A stretch of DNA of 63,842 nt, counting the filler, from Octopus bimaculoides (taxonomy: Eukaryota), in assembly GCF_001194135.2 (NCBI RefSeq). It is 6 parts of 6 records of this genome, joined end to end, with 100 filler letters (N's around TTAATTAATTAA, not from the genome) between each part and the next. Parts side by side here need not be neighbours in the genome. Positions count along the whole stretch, not along the records: positions 19,675 to 47,675 come from NC_068982.1; positions 47,776 to 53,451 come from NC_069006.1; 4 more parts are not named here. The stretch is one strand, 5' to 3'. The position numbers and the translations under genes are program-made. Position 1 is the first letter of the stretch, and each line of letters starts with the position of its first letter. The notes beneath the pieces are model-generated. The model made no database searches, had not been told where the DNA came from, and saw nothing but the letters and a program-made list of their open reading frames with translations. Below, piece by piece: positions 38,937-49,891 of the stretch.

Positions 38937-39909
38937 NNNNNNNNNNNNNNNNNNNNNNNNNNNNNNNNNNNNNNNNNNNNNNNNNNNNNNNNNNNNNNNN
39001 NNNNNNNNNNNNNNNNNNNNNNNNNNNNNNNNNNNNNNNNNNNNNNNNNNNNNNNNNNNNNNNNNNNNNNNNNNNNNNNNNNNNNNNNNNNNNNNNNNNN
39101 NNNNNNNNNNNNNNNNNNNNNNNNNNNNNNNNNNNNNNNNNNNNNNNNNNNNNNNNNNNNNNNNNNNNNNNNNNNNNNNNNNNNNNNNNNNNNNNNNNNN
39201 NNNNNNNNNNNNNNNNNNNNNNNNNNNNNNNNNNNNNNNNNNNNNNNNNNNNNNNNNNNNNNNNNNNNNNNNNNNNNNNNNNNNNNNNNNNNNNNNNNNN
39301 NNNNNNNNNNNNNNNNNNNNNNNNNNNNNNNNNNNNNNNNNNNNNNNNNNNNNNNNNNNNNNNNNNNNNNNNNNNNNNNNNNNNNNNNNNNNNNNNNNNN
39401 NNNNNNNNNNNNNNNNNNNNNNNNNNNNNNNNNNNNNNNNNNNNNNNNNNNNNNNNNNNNNNNNNNNNNNNNNNNNNNNNNNNNNNNNNNNNNNNNNNNN
39501 NNNNNNNNNNNNNNNNNNNNNNNNNNNNNNNNNNNNNNNNNNNNNNNNNNNNNNNNNNNNNNNNNNNNNNNNNNNNNNNNNNNNNNNNNNNNNNNNNNNN
39601 NNNNNNNNNNNNNNNNNNNNNNNNNNNNNNNNNNNNNNNNNNNNNNNNNNNNNNNNNNNNNNNNNNNNNNNNNNNNNNNNNNNNNNNNNNNNNNNNNNNN
39701 NNNNNNNNNNNNNNNNNNNNNNNNNNNNNNNNNNNNNNNNNNNNNNNNNNNNNNNNNNNNNNNNNNNNNNNNNNNNNNNNNNNNNNNNNNNNNNNNNNNN
39801 NNNNNNNNNNNNNNNNNNNNNNNNNNNNNNNNNNNNNNNNNNNNNNNNNNNNNNNNNNNNNNNNNNNNNNNNNNNNNNNNNNNNNNNNNNNNNNNNNNNN
39901 NNNNNNNNN

Positions 39910-41120
39910 TATCCTGACAATTCTTTGTTTTACAACATTGAAGAGTTACATCACCACTTTTCGAAATGCAATTCATGGTGTCTGATTATATTTGAGTTTT
40001 GTGAATTAATTTTTGTGGCCCCCATGGATAGATCAAAAATTCCTGTTGTTTATGAATATGAGTTCCGTCGTGGAACCAACGCATCCCAGACAGCTCAAAA
40101 CATCAATGAGGTGTTTGGTGAAGATGTAGTGAATGAGCGCACTGTACGTCGCTGGTTTGAGAAGTTCCGGTCTGGTGACTTTACTCTTGAAAATCGGCCC
40201 CGTGGTAGACCTAAGACCAAGGTGGATAATGATGAGCTGGAAACTGTAGTTGAAGCGAATACATCTCAAACTACGTGTGACTTAGCAGCAAGGTTTGATG
40301 TTTCGATTCCAACTATATTGGACTATCTGAAACAAATCGGCAAGGTAAAGAAGCTGGACAAGTGGGTACCACAGGAATTGAATGAGTATCAAATGACACA
40401 TCGTCTTGAAACTTGATGTCCTTTGCTGTCACGGCATAAAAGCGAACCATTTTTGCATCGTATTGTTACGTGTGATGAAAAATGAATTCTTTTCAATAAT
40501 AGCGAGTGTTCTGCACAGTAGTTGGATAGAGACGAAATGCCAAAACACAATCCAAAATAGAATAATCACCAAAAAAAAAAGCTAATGGTGTCTGTTTGGT
40601 GGTCCAGCACTGGTGTCATCCACTACAGCTTCATGAGACCTGGTCAGTCAATTACAGCGGATGTATACATCAACCAATTGGATGAAATGATGAGTGAACT
40701 TGCAATTAAACAACAGAGGTTGGTCAATAGAGACCAGCCAATTCTCTTGCAAGACAATGTTCGACTTCATGTTTCACAAAGAATGCTACTGAAGTTACAG
40801 GAACTGAACTTTGAAGTACTCTGTCATCCACCATATTCACCAGACCTTGCACCAACTGACTATCAAGTTTTCCGAGCATTAGACAACTTTTTGCAAGGAA
40901 AAATCTTCAAATCTGAAGAAGATGCAAAAACAGGCTTTCATGATTTCCTCACCTTTTGCTCTACACAATTCTTCGCTGCTGGCATAAATAAGCTACCGAT
41001 AAAATGGCAAAATTGCGTTGATAATTTAGGTGCATACTTTGATTAACTGCATTGCTTTTTGTTGAGATAAAGTAAAATAAACTTTCAGTGCAAAATCGGA
41101 CATTTCATTCTTAATGACCT

Positions 41121-41124
<4 letters not shown>
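39910..41124 (+). mobile_element. Mariner (DD34D, Mos1/Hsmar-like) transposon; left TIR lost in the N gap
   Basis: Contains a transposase remnant. The right end ...GACATTTCATTCTTAATGACCTGA|TA reads TATCAGGTCATT... on the other strand, a mariner-type terminus. Confidence 0.9.
40024..41046 (+). pseudogene. Mariner transposase pseudogene
   Basis: MDRSKIPVVYEYEFRRG...RTVRRWFEKFRSGDF..RPRGRP, WVPQEL (WVPHEL motif), VTCDEK, LLQDNVRLH, HPPYSPDLAPTDY. Premature stops start at TGA 40414-40416, with a frameshift near the A-run at about 40571-40580. Confidence 0.92.
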
Positions 41125-41174
<50 letters not shown>

Positions 41175-42299
41175 GGCTCATACATTCACATACACTCACA
41201 CAAATACATGTTCGTGGTTAGTACAACCAGGTGGGCTCGGAGATCATAGATAGAGCTTTTCTTAGCATTTGCGTGGTAAAAGTTTTATGGGGTTTCTCAA
41301 TATTACGTATTTTAACCAGAAAATTAGTTCGTTTAATTTCCTGAAACTTATTACTTCCCTTTACCGATCTCCTGTGTTGTTTTACAAGGAGAATTCAATG
41401 GTGAAGACTTAAGATGGCGATTGGAATGAAGTTTTTTTAATTAAAATACATGCAAGCAATATGTTATTACGTTTATTTCTTTTTGAAACATATTTCAATG
41501 AACATTTGTGCTCGTATTAGTTACAATTGACTTGTTCTAAAATAAATATAATCTATCTATATGTGTATATGTGTGTATACAAAGCGGAGTTTTTCTCTTT
41601 TTTTTTTTTTGTAGATATTATTGCTGCTTGCGTAACACATTCTTGAAGGCCTTACATATAGTTATTAATTTTGTGGTTGTACCAAAGAGATGTGGTTGCA
41701 TTTTTTCCCAATGTGTGTGAAAAAGTAAATTGTCTGCATATCAAATATAGAGGCCTTACAATATAAACATTGAAATTGTGTTCCTACAGTAAAGATATTT
41801 CGAGCTTCAGCTAGAATAATTATTTCCTCATCATTGTGCTGAACGTTTAGGTAGCCAAAGAGGAAGATAGATACATAAATAGATAGATGCACTCATATAT
41901 GCATGCATATATACATACATATNNNNNNNNNNNNNNNNNNNNNNNNNNNNNNNNNNNNNNNNNNNNNNNNNNNNNNNNNNNNNNNNNNNNNNNNNNNNNN
42001 NNNNNNNNNNNNNNNNNNNNNNNNNNNNNNNNNNNNNNNNNNNNNNNNNNNNNNNNNNNNNNNNNNNNNNNNNNNNNNNNNNNNNNNNNNNNNNNNNNNN
42101 NNNNNNNNNNNNNNNNNNNNNNNNNNNNNNNNNNNNNNNNNNNNNNNNNNNNNNNNNNNNNNNNNNNNNNNNNNNNNNNNNNNNNNNNNNNNNNTTTATC
42201 TCACGCTAGAGTATTGTCTTTTATATTGATCCTTCCAATAATACAACTGTACAATATGTATGTATGTATGTGTGCAAATATGTATGTTTTGCTTTATAT

Positions 42300-42870
42300 A
42301 TGTATTCTCATGCAAATAGTTACATATCTAGACATGCTCATATATATTTAAATGATAAACTTCTGGAAAGTTTTACAGATTTTTACAGTTCCAGTGAAGG
42401 ATTGGAGCTGTTGTCATCGAATTAGCTTTCTCCTTTCTGGTTTTTAGAAGCCTAATTTCTCAAGATTGGTATTTAGGCATTGTATTACATATCCCAGGGC
42501 CCCAATAATGCATGTATGTATGTATGTCATTGTTCAGTTTTATTTGAAGATTTCTTGCCAATGGAGAAAGGCCGATTTCTAACCTAGATCCAAGGCGCCT
42601 TCATTGGAATTTCAACATCAACAACAGGGTATTGTTTAATGTGTGTATAAGTGCAGATTTGTATGTTTTATTTACTGTATGTACTCCCATGCATATACTT
42701 TCATATCTAGACATGCTCATGTATGTATATGTGCAGATTTGGATGTTTTGTTTTATGCATGTATTCTCATGCATACACTTGCATGTCTAGACATGTTCGT
42801 ATATATTTAAATGATAAACTTCTGGAACGTTTTACAGATTTTTATAGTTCCAATGATAGATTGGATTTGT
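42300..42870 (+). repeat. Diverged direct duplication (~100 bp, period ~459 bp) within an interspersed repeat
   Basis: ...TCTAGACATG...TTTAAATGATAAACTTCTGGAA.GTTTTACAGATTTTTA.AGTTCCA occurs at about 42300-42392 and 42760-42852. Confidence 0.75.
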
Positions 42871-43318
42871 AGACTTCGAATTTGCTTTCTCCTATGTATG
42901 TATGTATGTATGTATGTATGTATGTATGTATGTATGTATGTATGCATGTATGAATATTTATGTTTGTGTGTATATATGTCTTCAAAACATTCCAGGCAAA
43001 ATAAGTCTCATAAATACAACCATATTTATTATTGATCATATTCTGCTGTAGTAATAGCATCTATTATTAATATTGATCACTGATAATTATTTTAAATAAT
43101 TATTATTGTTATTATTAATATTTGCTTGGTTGTAAATATTTATGATTGTAATTGAGACGACTGGAGACGAAAATATGATTTGAAATACTGTTCGTTCTTT
43201 GTTCGCTATATAGCATATGTATCTATGTGTTTGTGTGTGTGTATGTGTGTGTTTGTGTACATACATGTGTGTGAATGTGCATACATATGTCTGTGCGTGC
43301 GTGTGCATATATACATAC

Positions 43319-43351
<33 letters not shown>

Positions 43352-44228
43352 NNNNNNNNNNNNNNNNNNNNNNNNNNNNNNNNNNNNNNNNNNNNNNNNN
43401 NNNNNNNNNNNNNNNNNNNNNNNNNNNNNNNNNNNNNNNNNNNNNNNNNNNNNNNNNNNNNNNNNNNNNNNNNNNNNNNNNNNNNNNNNNNNNNNNNNNN
43501 NNNNNNNNNNNNNNNNNNNNNNNNNNNNNNNNNNNNNNNNNNNNNNNNNNNNNNNNNNNNNNNNNNNNNNNNNNNNNNNNNNNNNNNNNNNNNNNNNNNN
43601 NNNNNNNNNNNNNNNNNNNNNNNNNNNNNNNNNNNNNNNNNNNNNNNNNNNNNNNNNNNNNNNNNNNNNNNNNNNNNNNNNNNNNNNNNNNNNNNNNNNN
43701 NNNNNNNNNNNNNNNNNNNNNNNNNNNNNNNNNNNNNNNNNNNNNNNNNNNNNNNNNNNNNNNNNNNNNNNNNNNNNNNNNNNNNNNNNNNNNNNNNNNN
43801 NNNNNNNNNNNNNNNNNNNNNNNNNNNNNNNNNNNNNNNNNNNNNNNNNNNNNNNNNNNNNNNNNNNNNNNNNNNNNNNNNNNNNNNNNNNNNNNNNNNN
43901 NNNNNNNNNNNNNNNNNNNNNNNNNNNNNNNNNNNNNNNNNNNNNNNNNNNNNNNNNNNNNNNNNNNNNNNNNNNNNNNNNNNNNNNNNNNNNNNNNNNN
44001 NNNNNNNNNNNNNNNNNNNNNNNNNNNNNNNNNNNNNNNNNNNNNNNNNNNNNNNNNNNNNNNNNNNNNNNNNNNNNNNNNNNNNNNNNNNNNNNNNNNN
44101 NNNNNNNNNNNNNNNNNNNNNNNNNNNNNNNNNNNNNNNNNNNNNNNNNNNNNNNNNNNNNNNNNNNNNNNNNNNNNNNNNNNNNNNNNNNNNNNNNNNN
44201 NNNNNNNNNNNNNNNNNNNNNNNNNNNN

Positions 44229-44922
44229 ATATATATATATATATATATATATAAATGAAATATTCAAACACTGAGATTTGAAGTTAGATGTCACTACTGT
44301 TAATATCATCTGTGAATAAATTCAAAATTTGATGATATCACCAGTAGTGGCATGGGTGGAACGCAGTTATAATAGCTTTAGAGAGCTATGAATTATAAAT
44401 TTGCACGAAGCGTAATGATGCTTAATGAGCATCTACCTGCTAGAAATAAGAGCTAAGTCTTAAATAATCCACCGTAGTGCACCAATATAACAGAGAAAAA
44501 CAGTATGCGAGGAAAACAGAAAGAATTAAAACATTTGACAGCACAAATAAAAATTTTATGCAATTAGGGATATCCACAAACCAGGTTTCGGCTTTTGGTT
44601 ATTTAACCTTGAGCTTCGTCAGTGTGGACTACCAGTTTGAATCCGTGATTGTTCATGTTAGTCTCTGACTGTGCAACTGGTTTTGTTTTGCGCCAAAATC
44701 AGAGCACATGGTGCGTAAAAATATATAAATGAAATATTCAAACACTGAGATTTGAAGTTAGATGTCACTACTGTTCATATCATCTGTGGATAAATTCAAA
44801 ATTTGATGATATCACCAGTAGTGGCATGGGTGGAACGCAGTTATAATAGCTTTAGAGAGCTATGAATTATAAATTTGCACGAAGCGTAATGATGCTTAAT
44901 GTATATATATATATATATATAT
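44229..44922 (-). mobile_element. Partial tandem (about 1.4 units, 474-bp period) hammerhead-containing element between (AT)n tracts; retrozyme/PLE pseudo-LTR-like
   Basis: An ~180-bp direct repeat at about 44247-44427 and 44721-44901 has two visible substitutions. The ~295-bp spacer carries the hammerhead motif, and (AT)n lies on both sides. Confidence 0.55.
44573..44628 (-). ncRNA. Minimal type I hammerhead ribozyme-like motif
   Basis: Minus strand: TCCACA-CTGACGA-A-GCTCAAGGTTAAATAACCAAAAGCC-GAAA-CCTGG-T-T-TGTGGA. Stem I is 6 bp and perfect, the core is canonical, stem III is near-palindromic (ACCTGGT), the cleavage triplet is GUU, and the base of stem II is imperfect. Confidence 0.7.
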
Positions 44923-45531
44923 TTATGTGGAGAATGGAGCAACAAATACAAGAAGAAGCAATTCTGTTGGGTTAGTTAGCCGTTGTTTTATTGTGTGGAG
45001 GTTATGTNNNNNNNNNNNNNNNNNNNNNNNNNNNNNNNNNNNNNNNNNNNNNNNNNNNNNNNNNNNNNNNNNNNNNNNNNNNNNNNNNNNNNNNNNNNNN
45101 NNNNNNNNNNNNNNNNNNNNNNNNNNNNNNNNNNNNNNNNNNNNNNNNNNNNNNNNNNNNNNNNNNNNNNNNNNNNNNNNNNNNNNNNNNNNNNNNNNNN
45201 NNNNNNNNNNNNNNNNNNNNNNNNNNNNNNNNNNNNNNNNNNNNNNNNNNNNNNNNNNNNNNNNNNNNNNNNNNNNNNNNNNNNNNNNNNNNNNNNNNNN
45301 NNNNNNNNNNNNNNNNNNNNNNNNNNNNNNNNNNNNNNNNNNNNNNNNNNNNNNNNNNNNNNNNNNNNNNNNNNNNNNNNNNNNNNNNNNNNNNNNNNNN
45401 NNNNNNNNNNNNNNNNNNNNNNNNNNNATATAGTGAATCCAAACAAAGAAGAACAAACAAGAAAAAACAACAACGCGAAGATGTGGTACAAGTACTGTAT
45501 TATCAGACGCTCAGGAAAGGAAAGAAAGAGG

Positions 45532-45566
45532 ATTTTACATTTCGAGTAAAGCTCTTCTTCAGAAAT
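45532..45566 (-). ncRNA. Minimal type I hammerhead-like motif in a PLE-tail-like repeat
   Basis: Minus strand: ATTT-CTGAAGA-A-GAG-CTTTA-CTC-GAAA-TG-T-A-AAAT. Canonical core, GUA triplet, 4-bp stem I. Confidence 0.55.
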
Positions 45567-45639
45567 AGAGGAAAGTCCAAAGGAAGGGAAGACGGAGGAA
45601 AAAAATCGCCATCACGTGTTTACATTTATATTTATATAC

Positions 45640-45815
45640 AGGACACATTTTCCTGTTCATTTTTTCTGTCTCCATCTGTCTTTTTTCCTCATTCTTTGTG
45701 GAAGAGCGACAGGCTCGAAACGTCAAAGCCTGCTATTTTCCTTGAGCGTCAAACTAATAAACCTTGTTTGTTGTGCACTCACGTGTCTTTTGTTGTTGTT
45801 TTTTCTTTTCATAAA
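45640..45815 (+). mobile_element. Family E repeat copy immediately upstream of the neuropeptide exon acceptor
   Basis: GTGGAAGAGCGACAGGCTCGAAACGTCAAAG...TTGAGCGTCAAACTAATA. The hammerhead core is broken (no C3). Confidence 0.6.
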
Positions 45816-45892
45816 TTTGAACCATATATTATGTATATATGCGTGTGTCTGTATGTATGTATATAAAGGACTTACTTTTCTCTCTTTTGCAG

Positions 45893-46134
45893 ATTTTTAA
45901 ATTGTCACTCTTCCTCAACACAAACACCATGAAGACGTATCAAAGCCGAAACTTGTGTATTTTAAGTTGTGTCTCGTTGATCCTTGTTATTTGCTGTGGA
46001 GTCGACGCCTCGAAGTCTCTAACTAAACGACTAGGAAACGGTTTCAAAAACAACATACTCGACCGTATGGCTCATGGTTTTGGGAAAAGAACAATTGAAG
46101 ATACATACGACCTGGCACCATCAATAGCCGAAAC
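45893..46134 (+). other. Internal exon of the allatotropin-type gene (36 nt of 5'UTR plus coding), implying an upstream non-coding exon
   Basis: Polypyrimidine tract and acceptor CTTACTTTTCTCTCTTTTGCAG end at 45892. Donor AAAC|GTATGT is at 46135-46140. The ATG lies 36 nt into the exon. Confidence 0.75.
45929..46134 (+). CDS. AT: Allatotropin (AT/ATRP)-type neuropeptide precursor, first coding exon (partial CDS, 68 codons + 2 nt, phase-2 intron follows)
   Basis: Translation from caccATG: MKTYQSRNLCILSCVSLILVICCGVDA|SKSLT-KR-LGNGFKNNILDRMAHGF-G-KR-TIEDTYDLAPSIAET. It has a hydrophobic signal peptide ending in VDA, a dibasic KR at 46025-46030, a peptide at 46031-46081, an amidation Gly at 46082-46084 and KR at 46085-46090. 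The GF-x8-R-x-A-H-G-F-amide pattern matches molluscan allatotropins as recalled (Aplysia GFRLNSASRVAHGYa, cuttlefish GFKDNVSNRIAHGFa), not database-checked. Confidence 0.9.
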
Positions 46135-46339
46135 GTATGTAGCTCGCAATTCTTTGTTTTGCTTATTCATTTTTTCTTGCGTTTTGTATTTTTTCTCTTC
46201 TTTATCTTTATTTTTATATTTCTTAGTATTTTCAGTCATTTCACTGCGGTCATACTGGGCCACTACTTTGAAGAATTTTAGTTGAACAAAATATTAGAGG
46301 GGATATCGTCCGGCGCTATATTGATTCCGACACGCACAC

Positions 46340-46550
46340 TAACGTGTCTCTGTGTCTGTGTTTGTCCCCCCAACATCGCTTGACAACCGATGCTGGTGTG
46401 TTTACGTCCCCGTAACTTAACGGTTCAGCAAAAGAGACCGATAGAATAAATACTAGGCTTACAAAGAATAAGTCCTGGGGTCGATTTGATCGACTAAAGG
46501 CAGTGCTCCAGCATGGCCGCAATCAAATGACTGAAACAAGTAAAAGAGTA
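46340..46550 (+). mobile_element. SINE D 3' half, in the intron downstream of the neuropeptide exon
   Basis: CCCCCCAACATCGCTTGACAACCGATGCTGGTGTG...CAGCATGGCCGCAATCAAATGACTGAAACAAGTAAAAGAG. Confidence 0.85.
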
Positions 46551-46819
46551 TTATTAGGAATGATATAGAAATAATCATTAAAATATTTTGTGTTTTATAG
46601 AAGCATAACCAATGTATTGCACAAAGGTTAGCAACGAAATCTTATATGGAACCCAAAGGGTCGTGTGAACTCCTGTTGATAACCGTTGGTTATAGAGTCC
46701 GTTCTGTATTTTTATTTGTTTTCCTTGAACCCCAGAAGCCATACGTTCAGTTACTCAGTTTCCATGACGTATAAGTGACCGAAATCACAACATACCGGCC
46801 AAAAGGATCACCAATCTAT

Positions 46820-47010
46820 TGCAGGGTCCAAGGCCTGCGGTTTTGAGGGAAAGGGCATCGACCCCAATACTTGACCTGGATTCAATTTTATCGACAGTGA
46901 AGGGATGAAAGACAAAGTTAACCTCGGCAGGATTTGAACTCGGAACGTAGAAAGTCGGAAGGAAGGCTGCTAAGCATTTTGTCCGACGTGCTTATGATTC
47001 CACTAATTGC
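46820..47010 (-). mobile_element. SINE family A
   Basis: AACCTCGGCAGGATTTGAACTCGGAACG...GCTAAGCATTTTGTCCGACGTGC. Confidence 0.7.
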
Positions 47011-47104
47011 TTTTCATAAAAGCTGTTGAAACGCTGAAATGTTTCCTGTTGTACGACGACCCAAACTACAAGCATAACAACACAGCTTTTACACTACGGA
47101 TATC

Positions 47105-47475
47105 TTTTACTCATTTACATGTTCCAATCATCTGATAGCGGCCATGCTGGAGCACCGCCTTGAGGAAGGTTTTAGTCAAATGAATTGAACTTAGTACTTT
47201 TTTAAAACCCGGTACTTATTCAATTGGGTCTCTTTTGCCGAAACGCTAGGTTACGGGGACGTAAACACACTAACACCGGTTGTCAAGCGGTGTTAGGAAG
47301 ACAAACACTAGCACAAAGACATACATACATACATCTTTCAGTTTCCCTCTATCAAATCCACTCAAAATGCTTTGGTCAGCCCGAAGATATAGTAGAAGAC
47401 ACTTGCCCAAAGTGCCACGCAGTGGGACTGAACCCGTAACCATGTGGTGGGGAAGTAAACTTCTTACCGCACAGT
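47105..47475 (-). mobile_element. SINE D
   Basis: GCGGCCATGCTGGAGCACCGCC...AGTAGAAGACACTTGCCCAAAGTGCCACGCAGTGGGACTGAACCC. Confidence 0.82.
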
Positions 47476-47791
47476 TACGTCTGGTCCTATTAAACAAAAA
47501 TAAAACAAAAACGCAGTTTGAAAAAATGAGATGCTATCGTAAATGCATCGTAAGAATTTAAAATCATCGATAATAAATTCTGTCAAATAAAAATTCTAAA
47601 TTCAATTAGAAATATTGATACGTCAGCACCCACACGTTTCGATCTGATTTAATCTGTTTTGCAGTGTTTTATTTTNNNNNNNNNNNNNNNNNNNNNNNNN
47701 NNNNNNNNNNNNNNNNNNNTTAATTAATTAANNNNNNNNNNNNNNNNNNNNNNNNNNNNNNNNNNNNNNNNNNNNGGTTGTTCTCCTCCGC

Positions 47792-47845
<54 letters not shown>

Positions 47846-48014
47846 TTTTATTTTATTTATTTATTTTTGGGAAAAATGGATTTTAGAATAATGAATTAGT
47901 AATTGCAACTCTAACAAGATTTGTCTGTGGATAAATGTATAAATGCATGGAGCAAGTCTGCTTAATCTATCTGTCCGTCTGTCAATCTATCTATCGATCA
48001 GTCGATCGATCTGC

Positions 48015-48069
<55 letters not shown>

Positions 48070-49220
48070 CCTATCTGTCTGGTTGCTTGTTTAAAAGAAA
48101 TGAACAAAACTGGATGCCACGAATGGACAGCGTATTGCTAGAGAAGAGTTTTCAGCTTTGATCTCAATCGAATTTTTACACGTGAATTCCTCACGGCAAT
48201 TTTTACCAGATACATTTGGTCTGTCGATGAAAATGGAATCGATACTTTCAGGAGGGAAGCCTACCTTCTGTACAGACAGTTATTGGTTGGAAGTTGCAAA
48301 AGGAAGACGAAATCCTTCACTGTTAGGTCTATGGCACTCCGCCAGTTACGACGAGGAGTGTTCAAGTTGATCAGATCAACAGAACAGCCTGCTCATGAAA
48401 TTTACGTGAAAGTGGTTGAGCACTCCACAGACACACGAACCCTTAATGTAGTTTTCAGAATATGACAAGGCCAGTCTTTGAATTATAGGTACGGCTCATT
48501 TTTGTCAGATGTGTAGACTGGAGATAGATAGATAGGTAGATGTAAGGAATTAAAGCCTGACAGATTGCTTGAGACAGAAATATGATAGATTTCTTTATTT
48601 AGCCACGCAGGGCCGGACACAGATGTGACAAAACAATATAGAATTTTTCTTTTCGAAACCAATCAATAGGGATTGAAAAACGCAGTGGGACTGAACCCGG
48701 AACCATGTGATTCGTAATATATATATATACCACACACACACATACACACACAGATTATAGAAATTTGTGTTATATATATTTGTATAGCTGACAAACAATA
48801 CATACATGCACGTACAGGAATACAAAACTCACACAGAGACAGTGAGCACACACACACATACACACACACACGGACAGACGGACGCCTACACGCATAAACA
48901 AATAAAGGAAGAAAGTAAACAGATGCAGAAAATGTCAACACTCTCGCGATTCTTCACCTTTTATCGATAGAGCTCTGCCTTTAGACACCTACCTTCCACC
49001 CCCGTTCATCCAAAGTGGAACTGTCCTTATTGAAACACTAATTATAAACAAATGGCTCATCTTCTGCCGATATATTTAAACATATTTCACACAACAGTTC
49101 ATCACAGGATCCTATTAAGACATGTCAAGGCAGATTATCTGCCGTTTATTCTTTGCTGTATTTCATGTTGATATAAATTCTTAATTCATACACGCACCCA
49201 TATCCACATAGGTAGTGCCA

Positions 49221-49277
<57 letters not shown>

Positions 49278-49819
49278 TGTGTGCGCGCTATCGAAACATG
49301 GACGAATAAAATACACAATGTAAGACGTGTTGCATCATGTTATCTTTATTGAAACTAACAATATATAAGGATGTGTGTATGTGTATGCATATATGTACAT
49401 CTATTTATTTATCTATATGTATGTATGTATGTATATATATATATATATATACATACATATATGTATATATACCTGTATACATATGAATATTAAATGAAAC
49501 AGAAATACAATTGACAAACTAACAATTTATTTACATTATGATATGATATATAACATATAATATAATATAATATAATAAAATATAATATAACCATATCAAG
49601 CCAACAATTTGTTTCGACTTATATACATTAATTGATTTATAAAAATTCCTATCTATGTATACAAACCTTTTCAGTGCCTTGCTTCAAAAAGAGGAGAAAT
49701 TCCACGTAAAGGACTGCCAAATTGCAAAACAAATACTAATTCAAAATACCCACAAAAACTGCTGCTCTGAGTTTCACGTTCCCGTTCATCGGGCAGTTGT
49801 GATGTTTTTTGCATCCTTA

Positions 49820-49891
<72 letters not shown>

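Noticed and set aside
38862-40416. Long ORFs (300-513 aa) spanning N runs, here and at 739-1631, 10214-11215, 19849-20772, 43087-44309, 51748-52477 and 60972-62136
   Set aside because: They are open only because N codons contain no stops. The only real part is the mariner segment from 40024.
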